Positions 18,526 to 28,382 of a DNA stretch of 64,000 nt are shown here, piece after piece (the stretch's first letter is position 1; each line of letters starts with the position of its first letter). The notes below the pieces were generated by a model that saw only the letters and a list, made by a program, of their open reading frames with translations, made no database searches and was not told the origin of the DNA. The translations under genes were made by a program, and so were the position numbers. This DNA is from an uncultured Spirochaetaceae bacterium (GTDB lineage Bacteria > Spirochaetota > Spirochaetia > Sphaerochaetales > Sphaerochaetaceae). Location of the stretch: positions 1 to 64,000 of the forward strand of contig CAYYOL010000008.1 in NCBI GenBank assembly GCA_964473245.1. Direction: 5' to 3'.

Positions 18526-19709
18526 GCCTTGGTTCTAAGCTGCTTCAGTACGTCGCGATAGTAGGGATCATAGACCACACAACCATCATGTAGCTGGTTG
18601 ACCATAAGCTTCGTGCAGGCTGAACAAGCTGTGCAGTAGTTGACAGGTTCTCCGTGCATGACTTTGGCGGGAAAAAGTGGGTCGGCAAAGCTCTGTCGCC
18701 CGAATCCGATCATATCTACGAAGCCCTTGTTCAGATTCTCCTCGGCATAGTCGAGAGACTCCTCTCGGAGAATCGAGTAGGCTGATCCGATGATCTTCAT
18801 GTCCCCTGCAAATTCTCGAGCCTCCTTGCAGTATCTGAAATGGTGCAGGTAGAAATACTTCGAGGGATTCGTCGGTCTGGTGACCTCGGAGGTGACACCA
18901 GGGATACCGGCAGATACATTCAGATAGTCTGCTCCCTCAGCTGCCATAAGCGAGATCACCTGCTTCATCTCTGTCAGATCCTCAATCAGGGAGTCGGCTT
19001 TCGCTGTTCCACAACCGCCACGAACACCTTCGAACATGGAGATACGTGAGCCGAGGATGAATCCATCCTGACCGATAGAGGACTTCAGCTCACGTAGGGA
19101 GCTGAGGAGGAAACGAGTTCTGTTCTCAAAGGAGCCGCCCCATTTGTCTTCTCGGACATTCGCTGGACGAAGCATCTCGGCGCCGAAATATCCATGGCAC
19201 ATCTTGAAGTCGATACCGTCTGCACCTACTTCCTTGCTCAGATGTGATGCCTCGATCATCATCTGCCTGATATCTTCGACTTCCTGTTCGTTCAGCAAGT
19301 GGGCGTTACCACGCCCCTCTTCGTAGAGTGCTACCTGTCGGGAGAACGGACCAGATTTTCTGCCGGAGTGGGTGAGCTGGAAAAGGAGTACTCCGTCCGG
19401 ATTCTCTTTCTTGTACGAGTCGACCAGACGTTTGAAACTATCCAGATTCTTTTTATTGAGGACCAGGCCATTGACTCGAGCACGAGATCGAGGATCGACC
19501 GAAATAGCCTCGACAACGACAGCGCCCCATTTCCCTTTCGCCAGTTTGACGTATCGATCAAGGGTTCTGTCTGATACAGCTCCTCCTTCCGCACCATCAT
19601 TTCCTTCCATTGCCTGTACAACGAAGCGGTTTGCTGCGCTCTTATTGCCAATCTTTAGTGGGGAATACAACGTTTCCCACTTGTGAGAAGCTGTTTGGTC
19701 TGACATCAC
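18522..19709 (-). CDS. NADH:flavin oxidoreductase (Old Yellow Enzyme family)
   Basis: 395-aa ORF with an OYE-type TIM barrel (…HGYFGAEMLRPANVREDKWGGSFENR…) and a C-terminal Cys cluster (CTACSACTK). It is the first gene of the operon that continues into the LacI, FAD and TRAP genes. Confidence 0.8.
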   Translation of the reverse strand: MMSDQTASHKWETLYSPLKIGNKSAANRFVVQAMEGNDGAEGGAVSDRTLDRYVKLAKGKWGAVVVEAISVDPRSRARVNGLVLNKKNLDSFKRLVDSYKKENPDGVLLFQLTHSGRKSGPFSRQVALYEEGRGNAHLLNEQEVEDIRQMMIEASHLSKEVGADGIDFKMCHGYFGAEMLRPANVREDKWGGSFENRTRFLLSSLRELKSSIGQDGFILGSRISMFEGVRGGCGTAKADSLIEDLTEMKQVISLMAAEGADYLNVSAGIPGVTSEVTRPTNPSKYFYLHHFRYCKEAREFAGDMKIIGSAYSILREESLDYAEENLNKGFVDMIGFGRQSFADPLFPAKVMHGEPVNYCTACSACTKLMVNQLHDGCVVYDPYYRDVLKQLRTKA

Positions 19710-19743
19710 GATCCTCCTGATACTCTGTTACATATGTTCAATT

Positions 19744-19778
19744 ATTTGCATGAAAATAGTTTTTCTTTGCATGCAAAT
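19744..19778. promoter_or_regulatory. palindromic operator-like site upstream of the OYE-LacI-FAD-TRAP operon
   Basis: ATTTGCATG…(15 nt)…CATGCAAAT inverted repeat. The TTGCATGCAA core is itself palindromic. It sits in the 150-bp leader of the operon that encodes the LacI regulator. Confidence 0.3.
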
Positions 19779-19784
19779 TATACA

Positions 19785-19838
19785 GGAAAAAAAATACCTG
19801 TCAAGGAGAAAATAAATATATTTTTATCCTTTGACAGG
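19785..19838 (-). terminator. rho-independent terminator of the ADH gene
   Basis: Near-perfect 11/12-bp inverted repeat CCTGTCAAGGA…TCCTTTGACAGG (19797-19838) with an AT-rich 19-nt loop. On the minus strand it is followed by a U8 run (A8 at 19787-19794). Confidence 0.5.
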
Positions 19839-19861
19839 TCAGCGGGGGAGATGGAGAGAGC

Positions 19862-20890
19862 TTACTCGTTGAGGAGTAGGACCTTCATACTGTTTGCATC
19901 TCGGTTCGACGCGACATCCAATGCCTTCTGCAAGTCGTTCATAGAGAATCGATGCGAGATGAGTCGTTCAATACGCAACGCCTCAGCCACTTCGAGTGCG
20001 ATAGGGAAGTCCCAACGATATCCTTGTGTTCCCTGTACGCGTATCTCATGCGAGACGAATCGTGTCGCAGGAATACTGATCTCAGGTTGTTCGAAGATGC
20101 CTACGATAGTCGCCATACCACCCTTTTTCAGCCACATCATGGACTGTACGAAGGTTTGTTCCAGACCGACGCACTCGAATGTGCGATCCACTCCGTTCGG
20201 TCCGGTATAGGCTTTCACCTGCTGCTCAACTTGCTCCGTACGGAAGTTGATCGTGTGAGTCGCTCCGAACGCCGCCGCCAGTTCGAGTCTAAACGGATTT
20301 CCATCGATGACAGTCACATTGCTTGCACCGCTTCTTTTGCACAGAGCGGCGATCAGCACACCAATGGCTCCTGCTCCTGAGATGATCACCGAATGGCCTA
20401 ATCGTATATCCGCTCGTCTCACTGCATGCGTTGCTACCGCAAGGGGTTCGATCAGCGCCCCGGCTTCGTAGGAGAGCGATTCAGGTAGTTCGAATACATG
20501 ATCACTCTCAGCGACGATGTAGTCGGCCATGGATCCGGAACCGATTCTGTAGAGGAACGTGATCTGATCGCAGTAGTTGTAATCTCCACTGCGACACGCT
20601 TCACAGACTCCACACGTCTGGCACGGTTCTACGGTGACTCGCTGTCCGACCTGAACCTTGGTGACCGATGAACCGACTTCTACGACATCGCCGGAGAACT
20701 CATGTCCGATAGTCGCTGGGAGCGGGCAGAACGGGTGCATACCCTTGAAGATATGAAGATCGCTCCCACAGAGTGCACTTGCCTTGATCTGTATTCTCAC
20801 CTCATGGGGTTTCAGAGGGAGGTGCTCCTGCTCGATCACATCCACGACTCCAGGTGAAACGACTCGTCCGATTCTATTCATACTGTTCAT
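19862..20890 (-). CDS. zinc-dependent alcohol/polyol dehydrogenase (MDR superfamily)
   Basis: 342-aa ORF with GHEFSGDVVEVG, structural-zinc cysteines (CQTCGVCEACRSGDYNYC) and a Rossmann motif GAGAIGVL. Confidence 0.85.
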   Translation of the reverse strand: MNSMNRIGRVVSPGVVDVIEQEHLPLKPHEVRIQIKASALCGSDLHIFKGMHPFCPLPATIGHEFSGDVVEVGSSVTKVQVGQRVTVEPCQTCGVCEACRSGDYNYCDQITFLYRIGSGSMADYIVAESDHVFELPESLSYEAGALIEPLAVATHAVRRADIRLGHSVIISGAGAIGVLIAALCKRSGASNVTVIDGNPFRLELAAAFGATHTINFRTEQVEQQVKAYTGPNGVDRTFECVGLEQTFVQSMMWLKKGGMATIVGIFEQPEISIPATRFVSHEIRVQGTQGYRWDFPIALEVAEALRIERLISHRFSMNDLQKALDVASNRDANSMKVLLLNE

Positions 20891-20900
20891 CTTGCAACTC

Positions 20901-22559
20901 CTAGAGATCCCAATAGATCGATGCTCCGCGGTGTGCAGAGGAGGTCATCTTGCGATAGAGCGCAAGATATCCGCGAGCCGGCTTATCCACCGGGCTCCAA
21001 CCCTGTTTCCTCTGTTCGAACTCCTGTTCGTCGACATCGACCATCAACGATCTATTCTCGATATCTATCGTGATCTGATCTCCATTCTGGATGAATGCGA
21101 TGGGCCCTCCGTCGTAGGCTTCAGGACTAACGTGTCCGATTGCCAGACCGCCGGTTGCTCCCGAGAACCTGCCATCGGAGACCAGTGCGATATCGGATCC
21201 CATCTTCTTACCCAGTACTGCAGCCATAAATGTCTCCATGTGAGGCATCCCGGGAGATCCCTTAGGTCCTTCGTTGCGGATCACGACCACATCGCCGGCA
21301 ACGATCTCATCGTTGAGCATGGCATACCACGCATCATCCTGCGAGTCATACACCTTCGCTGGTCCTGAGAAGTTCCAGAGTCCCCGTGGGATCGCGGCGA
21401 ACTTCACGATACAGCTCTCCGGTGCGATGTTTCCTTTGAGAACAGCCAATCCGCCGTGGGGATGTATGGGATCCGAACAGTGGTGGATCACATCGAGATC
21501 TGTCGAACGGCGTCCAAGCGCCATCTCCTCTGCAGATCCGAACACGCCTTGTGCCGTCCCAATGATCATATCAGCCTGGAGCATCTCGCCAACGACGGCA
21601 TTCAGTCCTCCAGCCTTGTCGAACTCCTCCATGGTGTAGGTGGGGTGGTTCGGGTAGATTGCGCTGATCCAGGGAACCTCAGCACTGATTTCATCGAAGA
21701 ATTTCGGGTCTATATCCAGACCAGCCATTCGTGCAATGGCGGGGATATGGAGAATCGAATTGGTAGAACCTCCGGTAGCCATCATGTAGCGGACAACGTT
21801 TTCGAAGTTGTCTCTGGTGATCAGATCCAGTGGGCGTGTTTCTGTTTTGACCAGTTCTACCAGTCTTCGAGCGGCGACCTTACCCAGTTCATGCCATCGC
21901 TCTGTCTGGCTCCGAACACTAGCGTTCCCGAACGGTGAGAGTCCGAGGACCTCAGCGGTCGCACACATGGTATTCGCAGTTCCCATGAAAGGGCAGGCTC
22001 CTGGGGTGGGGCATGCATTTCTCACCACTCCTTTGTAGTCTTCCTGTGAGATCTTTCCACCCTGATACGCCGCGTATGCCTGCTTGGTATGCGTAAGCGT
22101 GAGCATATTCCCGTCGTATGATCCTGCGGCCATGTAACCACCAGTGAACATGACTGTGGGGATGTTCACCCGCATTGCCCCCATGAGCATTCCGGGGACG
22201 ACTTTGTCGCACGTCGATAACAGCAGCATGCCTTCGAGCATGTTCAACTCAGCCAGAGTTTCGACTTCGGTAGAGACGAGGTCTCGGGCTGGCAGGGTAT
22301 AACGGTCACCAGGGGTGTTTGAGCAGATTCCATCACAGATACCTGAGACGGGAAGTTCCAATGCAAGAGCTCCAGCATCGTAGATTTCCTGCTTCAGTTC
22401 ATCAATAACATCTTTGAACGGGTAGTGACCCGGATTCATCTCGTTCCAAGCGTTTATAATTCCAATTATTGGTCTTTTTGCATCGTCTTCTGTTATTCCC
22501 ATTGCATACAGCAGTGCATTTCTGTGGTCAAGTGATTCTTCGTTCCAAGTTCGGATCAT
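20901..22559 (-). CDS. IlvD/EDD family dehydratase (sugar-acid / dihydroxy-acid dehydratase)
   Basis: Family signature …[11 protein letters not shown]… and …[14 protein letters not shown]…. Start set at the ATG preceded by AGGAGG (the track ORF begins 21 codons earlier). Confidence 0.85.
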   Translation of the reverse strand: MIRTWNEESLDHRNALLYAMGITEDDAKRPIIGIINAWNEMNPGHYPFKDVIDELKQEIYDAGALALELPVSGICDGICSNTPGDRYTLPARDLVSTEVETLAELNMLEGMLLLSTCDKVVPGMLMGAMRVNIPTVMFTGGYMAAGSYDGNMLTLTHTKQAYAAYQGGKISQEDYKGVVRNACPTPGACPFMGTANTMCATAEVLGLSPFGNASVRSQTERWHELGKVAARRLVELVKTETRPLDLITRDNFENVVRYMMATGGSTNSILHIPAIARMAGLDIDPKFFDEISAEVPWISAIYPNHPTYTMEEFDKAGGLNAVVGEMLQADMIIGTAQGVFGSAEEMALGRRSTDLDVIHHCSDPIHPHGGLAVLKGNIAPESCIVKFAAIPRGLWNFSGPAKVYDSQDDAWYAMLNDEIVAGDVVVIRNEGPKGSPGMPHMETFMAAVLGKKMGSDIALVSDGRFSGATGGLAIGHVSPEAYDGGPIAFIQNGDQITIDIENRSLMVDVDEQEFEQRKQGWSPVDKPARGYLALYRKMTSSAHRGASIYWDL

Positions 22560-22757
22560 GTCATTCCTCCTGTGCAGCTCCAAAGCTCTTTTGAATCTAG
22601 TTGATATTCGAACTCCTTGCAAGCGGGCTAGCTGAGAATCAGAGATCTCAAAAAAATGTCATTAGAGATGCTCATATTTGTTGTAATTTATTGAAGTCGT
22701 TATTGTTGTACGTTATTATAGTCAAGTAAAATGACAATATGGAGTGAGGGAAATAAT

Positions 22758-23219
22758 ATGAAAAGAGTATGGCTATCGATGCTTGTCGTCGTGGTGATCA
22801 TTCTTGCCACAGGGTGTCCAGATGTGGTCTCTTCAGACACGGTTTCGGTCACGGTGTACTTCATGAACGAATCTGCCTCTATCGGAATCACTTCGTTTCA
22901 ATGGAAACTCGCCGATGATACATGGAGTGCGGATCTGATTCCTGAAGGAGAGGTCCTACCAGCTGGCGACTATTTTATCACAGAGGTAGTTATGCCGAGA
23001 AACGGAAAAATGTACTATCGAGTGAAATCCGATAACAGTGATTACATTACCCACTATGAAGAGGAAGCGTTGCATGTGCTCCATTGGGCAGGAGATACCC
23101 GTTATTGCGGTGTGACATTGGCCGAGGATGAAGACTGTATATATGCCTCAGGATTCACCAGTGGCTGGAGTACTGATGAGGGTTTCGCAGATGAAAATCT
23201 AGCCAGTTGGCAACAGTAG
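22758..23219 (+). CDS. hypothetical lipoprotein
   Basis: Signal peptide with a lipobox (…IILATGC). No recognisable domain. Start at Met10 of the track ORF. Confidence 0.55.
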   Translation: MKRVWLSMLVVVVIILATGCPDVVSSDTVSVTVYFMNESASIGITSFQWKLADDTWSADLIPEGEVLPAGDYFITEVVMPRNGKMYYRVKSDNSDYITHYEEEALHVLHWAGDTRYCGVTLAEDEDCIYASGFTSGWSTDEGFADENLASWQQ

Positions 23220-23228
23220 TACCGTACC

Positions 23229-23256
23229 CTCTGGGATGGTTAAACGCATCCCAGAG
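23229..23256. terminator. strong hairpin between convergent genes (putative terminator, no U-tract)
   Basis: Perfect 10-bp stem CTCTGGGATG/CATCCCAGAG with an 8-nt loop, lying between the lipoprotein gene's 3' end and the OMP gene's 3' end. Confidence 0.35.
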
Positions 23257-23327
23257 TATCAATGAGATCTAGCCGTATCATGAGGAACACACGGATGAGT
23301 ATCCATGTGGATCCTCACTTTTCTCTC

Positions 23328-24464
23328 CTAAAACACCCATGCCGCCCCGACCATGACACCGAGAGATGGGGAGCCCGGATTCGCCTTCCAGGAGAACAGA
23401 TCTCCCTGTTCACCCATGAACGCAGTTGCATACCCATGGAAGCTGAGCCCTTGCATCACGTTCCATGTTGCTCCTGTAGTGATCGAAGCGCTGAGATCGA
23501 TCGGAGAGACTATGGATCTCAATGAAAAGTTCCAGCTCTCGTTCGGTACATAAGCGACCTCGGGGTAGAGGAGTATACCGTAGGCATCATTCGATGCTTG
23601 GGCGGACCATGCGCCGAATGGTCTCACCAGTGCTTCGAGCCTCAGGGTGAGTGTTCCTTGCCATCCCACGGAAATCATATGAAACAATCCACCACTCACT
23701 AGCCAGCTCTCTTCCAGTTCTTCGGCGATCTCGCTAGCCGGGTAGGCGACATTCACCGACGAGGCAGCGTACCAGTCCGGACCGAAATTCCCCTGCAATG
23801 ACACATAAGGGGAGACTACCTTTCCTGTATCCACACTACCCACAGAATCTGCGCGATAGGCACCACCGAACTCCACTTTGAGAGAACCGACAGTCGTGTA
23901 GATTCTCCCTCCGAGCACCGTATCTCTCGGGTGGAAGTCCAATTCCTCAGGAGGGATCACGACCGCCTCCACAAAGGAAAATGGTCCGAAAGGGACGGTA
24001 ACCGAGGTGAGCCACTTCGTTGACGTCCTGAGTTCCTGATTCGTAAGATCCACAGCCGTATCCGAACTGCCGAACAAAAGATCGGCAGCATTGAAGAGCA
24101 CTCCGTCGCCCCAGCCGACACGGGTCTTTCCCGCAGTCAGGCGGAAGTTGGGGAAGCGAACGCGGAGATAGGCTCTATCTACAGCTACTGAAACAGGATC
24201 CTCTCCAATGTCGAGTTGTGAGTCCTGATAACTGAACGACAGAGCCAGATCGCCACGCACATTCCCCTCGTTCGGACTCTTGAATGATACCGATGCGCGT
24301 GGACTCATGAGATGGATGAACTCAGGATCCGAGTCGGTATCGGCAAAGGAGAACACGTGGTAGAGCTGCAGATCCACCACCGGCGTTGCCGCAGCGAAGA
24401 GCACTCCTATACTTGCCATGATTGCCAGAGTGAAAAACAATCCAAAACGTTTCATGAGCAACAC
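23328..24464 (-). CDS. outer-membrane beta-barrel protein (hypothetical)
   Basis: 378-aa ORF with a signal peptide, alternating amphipathic beta-strand pattern, and a C-terminal …GAAWVF ending in Phe (the OMP sorting signature). It is the last gene of the YtrA-headed operon. Confidence 0.6.
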   Translation of the reverse strand: MLLMKRFGLFFTLAIMASIGVLFAAATPVVDLQLYHVFSFADTDSDPEFIHLMSPRASVSFKSPNEGNVRGDLALSFSYQDSQLDIGEDPVSVAVDRAYLRVRFPNFRLTAGKTRVGWGDGVLFNAADLLFGSSDTAVDLTNQELRTSTKWLTSVTVPFGPFSFVEAVVIPPEELDFHPRDTVLGGRIYTTVGSLKVEFGGAYRADSVGSVDTGKVVSPYVSLQGNFGPDWYAASSVNVAYPASEIAEELEESWLVSGGLFHMISVGWQGTLTLRLEALVRPFGAWSAQASNDAYGILLYPEVAYVPNESWNFSLRSIVSPIDLSASITTGATWNVMQGLSFHGYATAFMGEQGDLFSWKANPGSPSLGVMVGAAWVF

Positions 24465-24465
24465 C

Positions 24466-25200
24466 TCACCAAGTCAGATTCTGCAATGTGAAGATCGCAG
24501 GGTCGACAGCTACGGAGATATCGAGATGGTGGATTCTCATCTCGGTCGACGAATTACGTTTCATGGCATCTGAGATGGTGGAGACCTTCGGAAGAGTCCT
24601 CCCCTCGACCTCCATCGTCTCCTGCACCATCATCTCCTTCAGCAATCGTCCCGATTGTGTAGAGAACTCACCTTTCCAGACCATGAAGGTCTCAGTGTCG
24701 ACCCAGAGCTTCTGCATGGGGTAGGCAACGGTGCGTGTCTTCGCGGTGAGCTCAAGGACATGGCACTCCCTACCGTCGATCTGCTCGGTACCGAGCAACT
24801 TCGCCGTGTAGTTGGCAAGCGTATTTCGTTCACCAGTCATATCCTCATAGGAGATATCGCTTCCGAGCATGCTTTGTCTGAGCGCAGCACCTTGCAATCG
24901 GATCAGCTCCTCCGCATCGGGATAGAACAGATAGAGCTCCCCTGAGGTCCGCAAGACCTTCTGTCCTCGTTCGGCGACACTGGTGAACTCGATCAGGGAA
25001 TCGTACTGACCCTGTGACCAGGCTTTGAACGTACTCCGCTTCTGGCCGAATCGATCGGTGGTCACGATCTCTCCTTCGGAATAGGAGTGTTCGAATGTTT
25101 CCACCTCATCCATGGCTCGAACGATATCCTCGGCACTCATCGCACCGAGCGGCATGAGGATCACACAGGAAAGTAGGAGTAGGGTAATTAATTTAGACAT
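24466..25200 (-). CDS. LolA-like outer-membrane lipoprotein-sorting/carrier-type protein
   Basis: Signal peptide (MSKLITLLLLSCVILMPLGAMS) followed by a roughly 220-aa domain resembling LolA-like/'outer membrane lipoprotein-sorting protein' families. Start set 2 nt after the stop of the upstream permease. Confidence 0.6.
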   Translation of the reverse strand: MSKLITLLLLSCVILMPLGAMSAEDIVRAMDEVETFEHSYSEGEIVTTDRFGQKRSTFKAWSQGQYDSLIEFTSVAERGQKVLRTSGELYLFYPDAEELIRLQGAALRQSMLGSDISYEDMTGERNTLANYTAKLLGTEQIDGRECHVLELTAKTRTVAYPMQKLWVDTETFMVWKGEFSTQSGRLLKEMMVQETMEVEGRTLPKVSTISDAMKRNSSTEMRIHHLDISVAVDPAIFTLQNLTW

Positions 25201-26422
25201 AACGCAAAGCCTCCACAGGTTCGATTTTCGCTGCACGACGGCTTGGTATGAGCGTAGTTGCCGCCGAAATAATGACAGAATAGAAATAGACAATGATCAC
25301 TGTCCAGATATTGAATTTGGGATATAGAATGCTGGAGATCTCCATATCGATGCCGCTCATCGCATCGGTAAAGTTCAACCCAGCCTGTTGCAGATAGAGT
25401 ATCACACCAGAGCCCACGATGACACCGACGGCAGCTCCGACTGCACTGATGAACGTCCCCTCAAGGAAGAAGAGCCTGGTGAGTTCCTTCCCATGCATCC
25501 CCAGTGCCTGGAGCGTCCCGATCTCTCGCATCCGCTCGTAAATCACCATCATCGTGGTGTTTATGATCACCGTACTGCCCAAGACAATGAAGAATATGCC
25601 TATGATGTAGTAGATGAATTGGGCTATCTCGATGAAGCCGTACATCATGCTGATATCCTGATACGCCTCAACATCGAGTCGAGTTCCGGTTGCAGATTCG
25701 AGTCGATCGAGAATCTGTGTCGCCATGGCCCGTTCATCACCATCAACGGTGATCAGTACCTCCTGTACCTCCTGATTCATCCTGAGGAAGTATTGCACGC
25801 GATCGAGCGGAGCCCAGAAGAATTGTGCATTCAGCGCTGCAACGGGGAACGTCCCTATTCCCACGATCTCCAGTGTGATAGCGTTGCTCCCTCTGGCAGC
25901 GGTTGTGCTCATGATCGTGATCTTGTCGCCGATGGAGACTCTGAGATCCCGTGCCAGCACTGCTCCGATCAGCATCTCGTTCTCACCTTCCTGAGGGATT
26001 CGCCCCTCCTTGATGATCGAATCGAGGTCCTGAAACGACGATTCGCGAGCGAAATCGGCTCCGATACCCACTGCAGGGTGATTGCCACCATTGATATAGA
26101 ACGAAGAGGCGAAGGTTATCCGGGGTACATAATCGGTGATCCCCTCCATGGTCGAAAGGGTGGAGTCGATCGTATCCCAATCCACGTTCAAGTGTACCGG
26201 ATTATATCGTTCGAATTCTGCAAAACTACTGTTCCGGACTCTGACCTCTCCGGTATAGTATGTGGCGAGGTTGTGTGCCATGTCTTCGCGCATGCCCTGA
26301 ACCAGAGCGAAGAGGAACACGATACTCATGGCAGCCACAGCTATGGCTATTCCAGAGAGGATCGATCTCCTTCTGTTTCTACTTATGTTTCTGAATGCTA
26401 CATGTATCAGTTTCATTGTCAT
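25193..26422 (-). CDS. ABC transporter permease, FtsX/MacB/LolCE family
   Basis: 409-aa ORF with an N-terminal TM helix, a large periplasmic domain, and a C-terminal FtsX 3-TM module (…IYERMREIGTLQALGM…). Confidence 0.85.
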   Translation of the reverse strand: MTMKLIHVAFRNISRNRRRSILSGIAIAVAAMSIVFLFALVQGMREDMAHNLATYYTGEVRVRNSSFAEFERYNPVHLNVDWDTIDSTLSTMEGITDYVPRITFASSFYINGGNHPAVGIGADFARESSFQDLDSIIKEGRIPQEGENEMLIGAVLARDLRVSIGDKITIMSTTAARGSNAITLEIVGIGTFPVAALNAQFFWAPLDRVQYFLRMNQEVQEVLITVDGDERAMATQILDRLESATGTRLDVEAYQDISMMYGFIEIAQFIYYIIGIFFIVLGSTVIINTTMMVIYERMREIGTLQALGMHGKELTRLFFLEGTFISAVGAAVGVIVGSGVILYLQQAGLNFTDAMSGIDMEISSILYPKFNIWTVIIVYFYSVIISAATTLIPSRRAAKIEPVEALRYV

Positions 26423-26434
26423 GATTCTGCTCCT

Positions 26435-27688
26435 CTACTGGTGTCTGAGACACGACGGGATATCCATCTTTAACGCTCTTCTCGTGGGAATATAGGCCAC
26501 AAGCATCGATAGGAGTGTACCGAATAAGAATGCCACCACCAGTGTCGCTGGACTCCACGCTCCTCTCATGACACTCTGGATTCGATATCCCATATCAAGA
26601 TCCCGCATGAGAAATCCCAGATCCACACCAACATTCACCATGTAGATGTTTCCTAGGACACCGAGCAAGACCCCGGTGATCGAACCAATGAGGCCGATTC
26701 CGCCTGCCTCGATCATGAATGAGAGCTGGATCGCCCTGTCGCTCATACCGAGTGCACGCATCATTCCCAACTCACGAATTCTTTCATAGATGGCCATGAG
26801 CATCGTGTTGGAAATACCCACAGCAGCGATAAGGAATACCATGAAAAGAATCATGCTCGTGCCGCCCCGTTTCGTCTCTGCTAGCGCTACATAGTCCTGA
26901 GCGAGTTCATCCCATCTGGCGACTTTCACTCGCTGAGACGAGTCGTCCAGCATCTCTGCGATACGGGCTACCTCTTTGGATATATCGCTTCGTTCAGGAA
27001 TTGCCATATTGATCTCTGTGACCGTTCCCTCCATACCGAGGTACTCGTCGGCAACATCGATTGGAATCATGAGGAGCGTCCTGTTCACGTTCGGGTTCGG
27101 ACAGTTGACTATACCTACGATCTGCATATCCATTGCCTCGTAGAAACCACCCCTTCCTCGAGTCACGAACGTTACCCAGTATCCGAGTTCTGCTCCGATA
27201 TCCTCTGCGAACCACGATCCGATGACCAGTTCATTTGCACCGGCTTCTGCGAACCGACCCTCGATGAGCGTCTCCTCGAATCGAAATACGGTATTGTCGA
27301 GGTCAGGATCCACTGCAGTGACCTGAACAGACATGTTCCCATCCTCTCCAAAGTCGTCGCTGTAGAGAATCATATCGGCTGCGAATGTAGTGCGTGGTGC
27401 AGCGGGGATACCTATCTGTTCTAGCGATGAGATGATCTCGTACGGTTGTTCAACCGAGATATCTAATGGCTTGAGAAGTCGTTCTTCCCAGTACTCTTCG
27501 TGCATGATCCGCGCCGAAGAGGTCTCGTACCAGCGGAGATTCCGCATCGATTCAGCCTCCACACCAATGAGCACAGAGTCGACCACGATGAACATCATGA
27601 GTCCAATGGCAATGGCGAAAGCGGTTATGAGCGTTCTCCTCCGGTACCGGCTGAGATTCTTCAATGCAAGGGAGATGATGAATTTCAT
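26435..27688 (-). CDS. ABC transporter permease, FtsX/LolCE family (paralog A)
   Basis: 417-aa ORF, about 60% identical to the ORF at 28383-29636. Both begin MKF…LKNLSRYRRRTLIT and end …IPSCLRHQ. Confidence 0.85.
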   Translation of the reverse strand: MKFIISLALKNLSRYRRRTLITAFAIAIGLMMFIVVDSVLIGVEAESMRNLRWYETSSARIMHEEYWEERLLKPLDISVEQPYEIISSLEQIGIPAAPRTTFAADMILYSDDFGEDGNMSVQVTAVDPDLDNTVFRFEETLIEGRFAEAGANELVIGSWFAEDIGAELGYWVTFVTRGRGGFYEAMDMQIVGIVNCPNPNVNRTLLMIPIDVADEYLGMEGTVTEINMAIPERSDISKEVARIAEMLDDSSQRVKVARWDELAQDYVALAETKRGGTSMILFMVFLIAAVGISNTMLMAIYERIRELGMMRALGMSDRAIQLSFMIEAGGIGLIGSITGVLLGVLGNIYMVNVGVDLGFLMRDLDMGYRIQSVMRGAWSPATLVVAFLFGTLLSMLVAYIPTRRALKMDIPSCLRHQ

Positions 27689-27690
27689 CG

Positions 27691-28368
27691 TTACCTCCTC
27701 TCGTCACTTTCGATCTGCCCGTCGTGTAGCGACACCAGACGTCTCGCGTACTCCATTACCATGGTATCGTGGGTCGAGAAGATGAACGTCGTGTGATACT
27801 TCTCGTTCATCTGTTTCATGAGCTTCAGTATCTCCTCTCCTGTCTTGGAGTCGAGGTTTGCAGTCGGTTCATCGGCAAGTACGATCTTTGGGTTTTTCAC
27901 CAGAGCACGTGCGATGGCAATCCGTTGTTGCTGCCCACCGGAGAGACGATCGGGACGTCTATGTTCCATCCCCTCCAGGCCAACCTCCCTGAGGATCCGC
28001 ATGGTCCGTTCTTCGATCTCCTTCTCGGGAAGAGAGAGTATCGACAGGACAAAGGAGACATTCTCGTAGGCGGTGAGTACCGGGATGAGGTTGTATGTCT
28101 GGAAGATGAATCCAAGATTGTGTCTTCTGAATTCGGTCTTCGCTCGTTTGTCCATCTGTGAAACGCGAGTACCGTCAATGGTGATCTCTCCACCATCGAG
28201 TGCATCGATGCACCCGATAAGGTTAAGCAACGTGGTCTTGCCCGATCCCGAAGGCCCTGCTATGGAGATGAACTCTCCATCGGCAATCTCCAAAGAGACT
28301 CCCTTGAGGGCGCGAACGACCGTCTCTCCTGCATGGTAATTACGTACGACATCTTGTACTTGAATCAT
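27691..28368 (-). CDS. ABC transporter ATP-binding protein (LolD/MacB-NBD type)
   Basis: Walker A GPSGSGKTT, ABC signature LSGGQQQRIAIARAL, Walker B VLADEPT. Start at MIQVQDV, preceded by AGGAGA. It sits between two FtsX permeases in a lolC-lolD-lolE-like order. Confidence 0.9.
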   Translation of the reverse strand: MIQVQDVVRNYHAGETVVRALKGVSLEIADGEFISIAGPSGSGKTTLLNLIGCIDALDGGEITIDGTRVSQMDKRAKTEFRRHNLGFIFQTYNLIPVLTAYENVSFVLSILSLPEKEIEERTMRILREVGLEGMEHRRPDRLSGGQQQRIAIARALVKNPKIVLADEPTANLDSKTGEEILKLMKQMNEKYHTTFIFSTHDTMVMEYARRLVSLHDGQIESDERR

Positions 28369-28382
28369 TACGACTCTCCTTT

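Noticed and set aside
22623-22757. AT-rich region upstream of the lipoprotein gene, considered as a small RNA or mobile-element end
   Set aside because: It is short, has no terminal inverted repeats or structured hairpins, and reads as an ordinary promoter region.
25388-26473. 361-aa plus-strand ORF
   Set aside because: Antisense to the FtsX permease gene, with a low-complexity His/Asp/Arg-rich translation and no ribosome-binding site.
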